DNA of 64,000 nucleotides from Schizochytrium sp. TIO01 (Eukaryota; Protista; Bigyra: Labyrinthulomycetes), in the NCBI GenBank assembly GCA_004764695.1, contig SMSO01000034.1, positions 868,001-932,000 on the forward strand, given 5' to 3'. Made by a program: the position numbers and the translations under genes. Below the pieces are notes generated by a model. It did not search any database, was not told where the DNA came from, and saw only the letters and a list, made by a program, of their open reading frames with translations. Below, in pieces: positions 56,461 to 64,000 of this stretch (its first letter is position 1; each line of letters starts with the position of its first letter).

Positions 56461-58100
56461 TCGATGGGTAGAATCTAGTTTTGTTCGCTTGCTTTGCTCT
56501 CTTTCCAATCTGATCGTGTTTGGGATTTGCCATCCCATGTCCTCTCCAAATGCGAGCCCTTGCTCTGCTGTCTACAAGTAACTACCCTAGAACCAAGGTC
56601 CCTCCCTCTCTCCCTACCTATCTACCTAAATACTACTAGTACTTCCGCAACGCTTCTCAAGACCTACGAGTTGACATGACTTGGCCGAAGCGCAAGCTGT
56701 TTCCAGGAAGGCCACGAAGAACCGCCAAGAAAACCCCAAGCAACTTTCTTTCTAGCCCAGCTAGCAAGCCACCACCGACGGTATATAAACATCACACCAG
56801 CAGACAGGAGCTCGAAAGTGCACCCAATGCTTTGCTGCAGCACAAGGGTCACTCGCTACCAAGTAGCTAGCTATACCTACTGGAGCGAACCTGGATTAGA
56901 TTGAAGCCAAAGCTTTCGCGAGCCCAAGCAAGAGTAAGCGGGCCTGAAGCACCTTGCTTTCGTCTGCTCCGGGGCCAGCCTTGGCATCAAAGCTGGCAGC
57001 AGCAGCAGCAGGAGCAGCAGCTAGCAGCCCGGCAGCCAGCGCTCGCTACCTAAGCGCCGCGCCTCTTTGCGTGCGAGCCTGGCTGGACCCGTGCGTGAGG
57101 CGTTGAAGAAGATGCGGATAGCAAGTGCAGGCGTTTCGACCTCGAGAGATAAATCCTCAACAGCTAGCTCGCGGCCACGGGTCCGTGTCCCACCGCGAGG
57201 CTGGCCGCCATCCCCTCGCCGCGTGGTCGTCGTGGAGGGCGCCGAGCCTGGTGCTGGCTAGACGAGGCCGATGAGACGCTCACCCCAAACGCCTGCGCTT
57301 CCCGCCAGAGACACTTCTTTCACTTCCTCCTCGCGTGATCCAGCTTTGCGTGCCCCAGAGGGCTTTGATCCTCCCCACGCCTCCCGAGAACCACGTGCTT
57401 GATTCGACCGCAGCTACACGGTCTTCAGGATTGCCACGCCCTCGTCCTTTCCATGGTCTCCCAGCGTTTGCTCTTCTCAGGTTCTGTTCTTTATGCACCG
57501 CAGCTTTGTTGAGGTACATGACGACTCAGCGGCACCTGTGACCCCTACAGCTCCAGGTTCTGTGGGTGTGCACCGCCCCGCTAGGAGTCGCTGTAGCAGG
57601 TCGTAAGAAGAGTCTTTCGAGTTCTCTCATGGTTTCTTTCTTTTGCTTTCGTTCGTAGTAGTAGATAGAGCGCTCTTATGACTTTCTTTAGTTTAAAGGT
57701 TTTTTTTTTGTCTTTTTTTTTTTTAAATTTGGTTTTTTAATTAGAGAGAATAATTCATTGTATGAAATGAAAGCGTATAAAATTTATAAAATACTCGGTA
57801 ACATAAAAATAGACAACTAATGCTTTGGGACTCAACGAACAAATAAAGAGCTTGAAGAAGAGGTCCACCATCGTCGTTGTCGTCGCCGTCGTCATTGTGG
57901 CGGTAGACGTGGATACCGTGGCGGCAACCAGTGGTGGCGGGGCAGCTGGGAGCGCCCCTTCCGAATCACGCGAGCTGATTGCGAAGCCTGGCGCTGCGGA
58001 ATCGGAGGGTCTTGGAGTGCTGCTGCACGGGCAGGTTCTGAAACCCTCTGCAAAGGAAGGCAAATTGATTCCTTAAGATCCAGGAACGGGGCCGTCGCCT

Positions 58101-59852
58101 ATGAAGGACTTCGTGCTGATTGAGGAACTCGCGAGAGGATCAAAGGGCAGTGTGTGGACAGCGCGTCGAAAACATTCTGCAAAGCACACAAACCATGGCC
58201 GGGAAGAGATCGAGGGATACCCGAGAGTGGGTTTCTCGGGGCGTTTCGCGGCGAATAGATCTCGAATTTATTGCAGTGAAGCTACTACTGAAGCAGACCT
58301 CAAGGCGGAGAGATTTACGAAATGTACGAACAGAGGTGACGGTCAGCAGACGGAAGAAGAGGACAGCCTCGTCGTGCTGAAGGAGCGTCGAGTGGCAGAG
58401 CTGGGGAGAGGAAAGTCCGTGATGAACGAAGTTGAACTTCTCCGGAAAGTTGACCACCCCCACGTGGTTAAGCTGCTTAGCAGCTTCACAGAGAAGGGGA
58501 TTCTATGGATGGAGTTGGAATACGCTCCACATGGAGATCTCGGTCAGGAAATCGCACGACGAGCCAAGCAGGGGCTCGAAAGAGCAGCGTTCACACATAC
58601 CCAGCTATGTGGAATGTCGATACAAATCATGAGTGCGCTGGCCTGCTTACATACGAACCGAGTAGTGCATCGCGATATCAAGAGCATGAATATCTTCATT
58701 TACTCTGCTTCGTCTAGTACGCCAGTAGAAGTGCCAGTGCGAGGCATCATTGCGCAGGAACCTCATTCTCGCGAATACGTTTTGAAAATTGGAGATCTCG
58801 GGGTTGGTCGGTCATGCTCGCAGAACACGTACGAGTTAAAAACCTTTTATGGCACCCCTCTGTATGCTTCACCTGAAATATGTGACAATCGTCCATATGA
58901 CTATCGCACAGACCTTTGGTCTTGTGGCGTTCTTGTCTACGAAATGTGCGAGCTGAAACATCCCTTTAGCGGGTCCAGTTTGTTGGCTCTTGCGCAAGCC
59001 ATTGCATCTTGCAAGTATGATCCTCCAACGTACGGAGATGAGACACTCTGCGAAATCATTCAAGGTCTTATTCAGGCGGAAGCTAAAAAACGAACCCCTT
59101 TGAGCCAGGCTCTGGCATTGCTGCGCAGAGATCTCGAAGACTTGCAAAACCATGCCCTGGAGAAGCCTCCAAACTCGTGGAATACAGAGCAGGGTAGTGC
59201 AGAAAACTCTTCGAACAACAAGACACAGCCGGGTGATAGTGCAGATGATGATTGTGTTCTTTTTAAAGAGTCAGCCCAGCTTGCTTTGACTGAGATAGAT
59301 CAGGACAACTGTTTATCACCGAGAAGCTCCTCACCAAAACCTATTAGACAAGTGGATGCCGAGGCGACACCAGAGCGCCCACGTCTCTCCCAAGCTGGGC
59401 GCTGCCGCATTGAGGCTGAGCTCAAACGAAAGCGACTCAAACTTAAAAATTTGACATCCTGGATGGACGCACAGGTCGATGCACCTGACGGCGAGTTTGG
59501 ACATAGCAACATAGAATTAGATTCCTTGTATGATGAAATTGCTAGATTAGAAGGCATGCTGTTGGGAGCATCTCTAAGCCACGCATCTCGCACGCGAACT
59601 ATGATGCCAAAAAGTGCAAGCACAACAGCACTTCCACGACCCAAAGATCTTGCTCGTTTGCAGCCTACGCCTAAACCCTCGAATACCACGAATAGCCAGG
59701 GCAGCGCCATCGATAGTTCACCTTGTAGTCGGGAAGATGAGGAGGATCTAGAGCGCAGTCAAAGAAGACGCGAAGCACGGCTTGCTGCTCGCTTACGGGC
59801 GCATCAAGCTTTACGAGACAAGTCAAGCTCTGTTGCCGAACACCACAATTAG
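58101..59852 (+). CDS. NIMA-related (NEK) Ser/Thr kinase
   Basis: VVLKE, NEVELLRKVDHPHVVK, HRDIKSMNIF, KIGDLG, GTPLYASPEICDNRPYDYRTDLWSCG..YEMCELKHPF; C-terminal coiled segments. Confidence 0.9.
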   Translation: MKDFVLIEELARGSKGSVWTARRKHSAKHTNHGREEIEGYPRVGFSGRFAANRSRIYCSEATTEADLKAERFTKCTNRGDGQQTEEEDSLVVLKERRVAELGRGKSVMNEVELLRKVDHPHVVKLLSSFTEKGILWMELEYAPHGDLGQEIARRAKQGLERAAFTHTQLCGMSIQIMSALACLHTNRVVHRDIKSMNIFIYSASSSTPVEVPVRGIIAQEPHSREYVLKIGDLGVGRSCSQNTYELKTFYGTPLYASPEICDNRPYDYRTDLWSCGVLVYEMCELKHPFSGSSLLALAQAIASCKYDPPTYGDETLCEIIQGLIQAEAKKRTPLSQALALLRRDLEDLQNHALEKPPNSWNTEQGSAENSSNNKTQPGDSADDDCVLFKESAQLALTEIDQDNCLSPRSSSPKPIRQVDAEATPERPRLSQAGRCRIEAELKRKRLKLKNLTSWMDAQVDAPDGEFGHSNIELDSLYDEIARLEGMLLGASLSHASRTRTMMPKSASTTALPRPKDLARLQPTPKPSNTTNSQGSAIDSSPCSREDEEDLERSQRRREARLAARLRAHQALRDKSSSVAEHHN

Positions 59853-60265
59853 TAAAATAGATGTATAGCTTATTTGGTGCCTGTGATCGAGCAATCAAGA
59901 GAACAGATGATAAAGGCCGACTGCTTCTACTGCTCCTAGCGTTTCGCTCATCATGTGTATTTTATTGGGTGTTTTATGGTTGCAGAGCAATTGCTATTTG
60001 AGATGTTTATGTTGAATCAAAGCTACACAGTATTCAATTATTTTGGTCGATCACATGGAAAAGTAGAACAATTAGTTCATTTCTCCCCTTTTTATTGATT
60101 GAAAACCCTGATAAACTATTGAAAAATAAGGAAAATTCTTGTCATTGATAAAGAGCAGTAACTAGATAATTTGCATTGCATGGGGTACCAAGAGCGACAT
60201 ACGAGTGGACGCGCAGTAATGAAAGTTGGGAAATAAATTCACTCATTTGCCTTTTACAAGATAAA

Positions 60266-61678
60266 CTACTTCTTTTTGCCCTTCTTTCCACCCTTCTTGC
60301 CCTTCTTAGTATCCTTCTTCATTGCACCACGACGCATTACATAAGCCCGGTAGCGTCTCTGGATTTTGATGGCTGCTGCATTCTCTTCCTCTTCTTCTCG
60401 CTTCCGAAGTTCTGCAAGTTCTTTTTGCCTACGAATTTCCTCCTCACGAGCCTCTTCCTCTGCAACTTGCTGATCCCACCGACCCTGCAACTCGTTAAGG
60501 CGAACAAGTGCCGTTTCGCGAGTTTCTGTTAAGTCACGAAGTTGGGCGTCAAGCTCCTCCATGTCGTTTGTGTATCGGTCGCGCCACTCATTGGTTTGTT
60601 CAATAAGGCTTTCTTGTTTTTGTGTGAGGAAGTCGACTGTATCGCGGTGAACTGCATTTTCCATATCGCAAATCCGCTTGAGGTTCTCAATATTGGCCAA
60701 AAGGTCGTGTTCCTCCTTTTCATAGATTCTAGCGGTGCTAGCAAGCTTCGCTTGTGCCTCGCGCCGAGCATATTGAGTTTTGAAGGTAAGCTTGGAGCGA
60801 ATTTCTTGAAGTTCTTCTTTGAGCTGAGTAATCGTCTCGGCTCGTTCGGATTCTTCTTTCTCGTGCTCCGTGCGTTCATGCTCCAATTCTTCTTCAAGTT
60901 CGCGGACCGCATTGGTCGTGGACTTTTCACGTTCAATAGTTTCTTTTAGGCGCTCTTGTTCTCTTCTTGTATCTTCAACATGGGCTGCCAGGGCTGTGAA
61001 AGTACGCTTCTCGCGGATCTCATTTACAGTTCGCGCAATGAGATCCTCAAGAGAGTTTCGCTCGTGTTGAATCTTGAGCAGATTTCCTGTCACATTGGGA
61101 TTGTCCTTGAGATTGCGACAAAGGTTTTTGGTTGATTCGCGCAGTGCGCGGCTTACTTCTTGGATTTCTTGTTGATTCTGTTTATACTTGGATCGATTGG
61201 CTAAACCCTGTGCTCATAATAACGTGTTCAGAATGATGTAGATTCAAGGTGATTTTCAAACAAATGAAATGTCAGTTTCAACAAGTATAAATGTTGGGTG
61301 GCCAAGAGGACTTACTTTTAGCATGCCACGCTTGGAAATGAGTTCTTCATAGCGAGTTTCAAGTTTGCGTTGCTCCTCAATCACTCGGGAGATTTCGTCA
61401 CCAACAAACTCAGAAAGCTCGTCGCGATGCGCAAGAACATCAGGTGTAATGCTGTGTAGGGTTTTAATAAGTAGTCACAACGAACGTTAAAGAGCAAGTA
61501 TGAATCGTTAGCTTTCATTCTCGTGATCAGAATATGGCATGTTTTTTTGAGCGTGCGAAGCATTCTTCCGCCGGTCTACGTACCTTGCCAGAAAGGAAAG
61601 TTTCTCAAGTGTATCCTCGAGAACAGCAACCACGCGCTGGCTACTAACCAACGACAGCTGCTCTGCTGAGTTTGACAT
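60266..61678 (-). CDS. DRC9: Dynein regulatory complex subunit 9 / IQCG (~390 aa); exons 61678-61584, 61451-61316, 61207-60266
   Basis: Introns GTACGT...ACACAG (61583-61452) and GTAAGT...GCACAG (61315-61208) give a continuous frame: MSNSAEQLSL...LAS ITPDVL...GMLK GLANRSKY...LCRNLKDNPNV. Long coiled coil, IQ motif AAIKIQRRYRAYVMRR and KKGKKGGKKGKKK tail. Confidence 0.88.
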
Positions 61679-62717
61679 GGCTTGGAGACCTTCAACCGCG
61701 TCGCTTGTCCAGTTTCCCTCGTGCCCTCGTTCTTCGATTGATGCATTTACTTACCAAGTCATTTCTTCATTCAGGTGTCCGTTGCATGATGTGCGTACTA
61801 TGGGTCATATTTGACCCAGGGTACAAGTGTTGATGTATCAGGGCAACATAACTTGTAGATTTTCACTTATCATCTTGAAGCTGAAATATATACGTAAATT
61901 AAAAGTCGCGAGAATAATAAAAAGGCCGGAGTAGGAATTATTTAAAAGAAGAATACTCTGGTTTCGAACAACATTTCGCCAAATTCGCAATTAGAGACAG
62001 AGGTTTTAGCAAACCTATTTACATATAATGCTAGGGTGTTTTAATTCAATTTAAAAATAATTAAAAAAACAGGGGAAAATCAGCATGGCGACTAACTTCC
62101 ATGCAGTAATGCTATCACGATAGCCCACTGATCTGTTGGTTTTTGTTTTTGTTTTTTCTTAGTTTGTTTGACTATTTCAATTATCAGATGCAGAGAGACT
62201 TTCTACATTTTTCAGAACGAAGAAATTGTCGAATGTAAATATCTGCTAAAATACATTACTAAGCAAATAAATTTACGAGAATGTCACAAGCTCTAAGAAA
62301 AGGGAAATATGCACTTTGACGGGATTAAGAAAGTCTGAAACTAAAAGCTTCTTGCCACGATTAGAGCAACAACTAGACACGTATGGTGAAAAAATTGCTG
62401 AAGACAAACAAGATAAAGAAACCATCACATCAGTGCTGACCAGCTTGGTTTTCAGAAGAATATAAATGCCCTTCGACCACTTGCAAAATATGGAGTATGT
62501 GCAAAAAGCAAATCAAATAATTTAAAAGAGAGTTCGGTCGTAGAAAATAAAACAAATAGGGCATACAAAAACATAACTATCGAGATGTTGCATCCATAGG
62601 TACTTCTGTCGATCTTGCAACGCAAAATTTAAATGAGTCCCCGCTGTCTAAAATGCCGACGCTTTTAGTGCTAATATGAGCTTGACTGGTCGTTGGGAAG
62701 AGGTAAAACTTCAGCAA

Positions 62718-63938
62718 TCACTGTTGTGCGAGCTCCAAGTGAACTTGAGAAGAAGTAGTAGCAGATGACTCATTCACAAGATATTCGAGGTCTTTGAATA
62801 CTTCCTTTTGGCAGCGCACTGCTTCATGAAGAAAGTGAAATGTGACAAATCCGTGCACCGAATTCCCGTGGATAGTTTTCACAGGAATGTTGGCTTCCTC
62901 CAGACGCCTGACGAAAATCTCACAGCCCTTGCGAAGAGCATCGTCACTGGCTACAACAACAGTGCAACGAGGTAGGCCATGCTCGCCAGCTACCAGAGGA
63001 GAAATACGGCGATCTAGCAAGGCTTGCTTGCGGCTTTCAAGATCTGCTGGGACATAGGCAGATACGAAGAATTGAAGAATGGGTGGGATAAGAAAATAGT
63101 CTGTCTTTGGACGCTCCTCAAACGGTTCACCAGGAGTAAAGAGAAGTGCTGGGTACATGAGAGCAAGGTGACGAGCACGGAGATTTGATAGTTCGCTTGG
63201 CTGAAAGTCCGCGTCAATTCCGTCGCGGAGAAGTGAAGCAATCACCAAAGCGAAGGTGCCACCAGCACTGTCTCCACTGAGGATAAGTTTGTTAACCGGG
63301 TCGCAGTCTCGACCCAACACAGAGCGCCCTTCATCACTCATTATCCACCGCAGACCTGCGTATGCATCACGGACACCTGAGGGAAACGGATGTTCTGGTG
63401 CAAGGCGATAGTCGATGGAGACCACCACTATGCCTTGCTGTGCAAATCGTACGCATAGCTCGTCGAAGTTTTTTGTAGAGTGGTGGCTAATGCAGAAACC
63501 TCCACCATGAAAAAAAAGCATCACTGGTCGCAGAGCAAACTGGCCAAGTGAACCTGTATGCAAATACACACGAGCTTTCATTTCCCCCCCATCAGCATTA
63601 GGAATTTTGTAATCTGATGAGTAAACACCTTTTCTGGCAAACTGTTTACGAATAGGCCACGATGAGTTCAAAGCCTCCACAGTTTCCCACTTCCACCTCT
63701 TGAAAGGTGTTTTGCCTTGATTATCAACATATAGTCCCGACCACCACATACAGCACGCCGAAGTTTGCTCTAGAAGCCGCAGTGAGAATGGGTGTTCTGA
63801 TTGAAAGTCACAAAAAGTAGACTTACAACACCAACACGGTGGGGTCTCTACGGGGTCTAGTTTGGCCATGGCCTCCAGGTCTGCAGACATAAGAAGCTCC
63901 TCCTCTAAATGGCCTCCGGGGTCCGCATCACGATCCAT
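62718..63938 (-). CDS. Alpha/beta hydrolase, hormone-sensitive-lipase-like (HSL) esterase
   Basis: FFHGGGF oxyanion motif, DYRLAPEHPFP, nucleophile GDSAGG, and DALR...VHGF for the triad Asp/His. Confidence 0.92.
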   Translation of the reverse strand: MDRDADPGGHLEEELLMSADLEAMAKLDPVETPPCWCCKSTFCDFQSEHPFSLRLLEQTSACCMWWSGLYVDNQGKTPFKRWKWETVEALNSSWPIRKQFARKGVYSSDYKIPNADGGEMKARVYLHTGSLGQFALRPVMLFFHGGGFCISHHSTKNFDELCVRFAQQGIVVVSIDYRLAPEHPFPSGVRDAYAGLRWIMSDEGRSVLGRDCDPVNKLILSGDSAGGTFALVIASLLRDGIDADFQPSELSNLRARHLALMYPALLFTPGEPFEERPKTDYFLIPPILQFFVSAYVPADLESRKQALLDRRISPLVAGEHGLPRCTVVVASDDALRKGCEIFVRRLEEANIPVKTIHGNSVHGFVTFHFLHEAVRCQKEVFKDLEYLVNESSATTSSQVHLELAQQ

Positions 63939-64000
63939 GTTTGTGCCAGCGGGCGGAGCGCCAGAGTTTCCAGTACTCGTTTCGAGGTCCTTTCCAAGTT

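Noticed and set aside
56900-58076. GC-rich short ORFs upstream of the NEK gene
   Set aside because: Short, with non-ATG starts and no recognisable motifs; more consistent with a promoter island or UTR.

Overview
Eukaryotic nuclear DNA. The mostly intron-poor genes, microsatellite-rich intergenic DNA, flagellar genes and gene content suggest a stramenopile protist, probably a thraustochytrid/labyrinthulomycete (inference). About 15 protein-coding genes can be supported: a SAP-domain protein (2 exons, N-terminal PH-like domain, C-terminal Cys/His domain); a secreted PT-repeat/Cys-rich protein split over two frames; PRP31; a HAUS6/augmin-6-like protein; OGG1; a CCDC87-like protein; a 1.5k-aa multi-GAF-like protein; an NDT-type mitochondrial carrier; an unknown membrane protein; a single-finger TIS11-like CCCH protein; a methionine-synthase-reductase-like diflavin reductase; a PX-domain protein; a small putative mitochondrial protein; a NEK kinase; DRC9/IQCG (3 exons); and an HSL-family esterase. 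The standout is the reductase, which has THREE intact tandem flavodoxin (FMN) domains feeding one FAD/NADPH module. I recognised no rRNA, tRNA, CRISPR array or intact transposase. All family assignments come from motif recognition by eye, not database searches.
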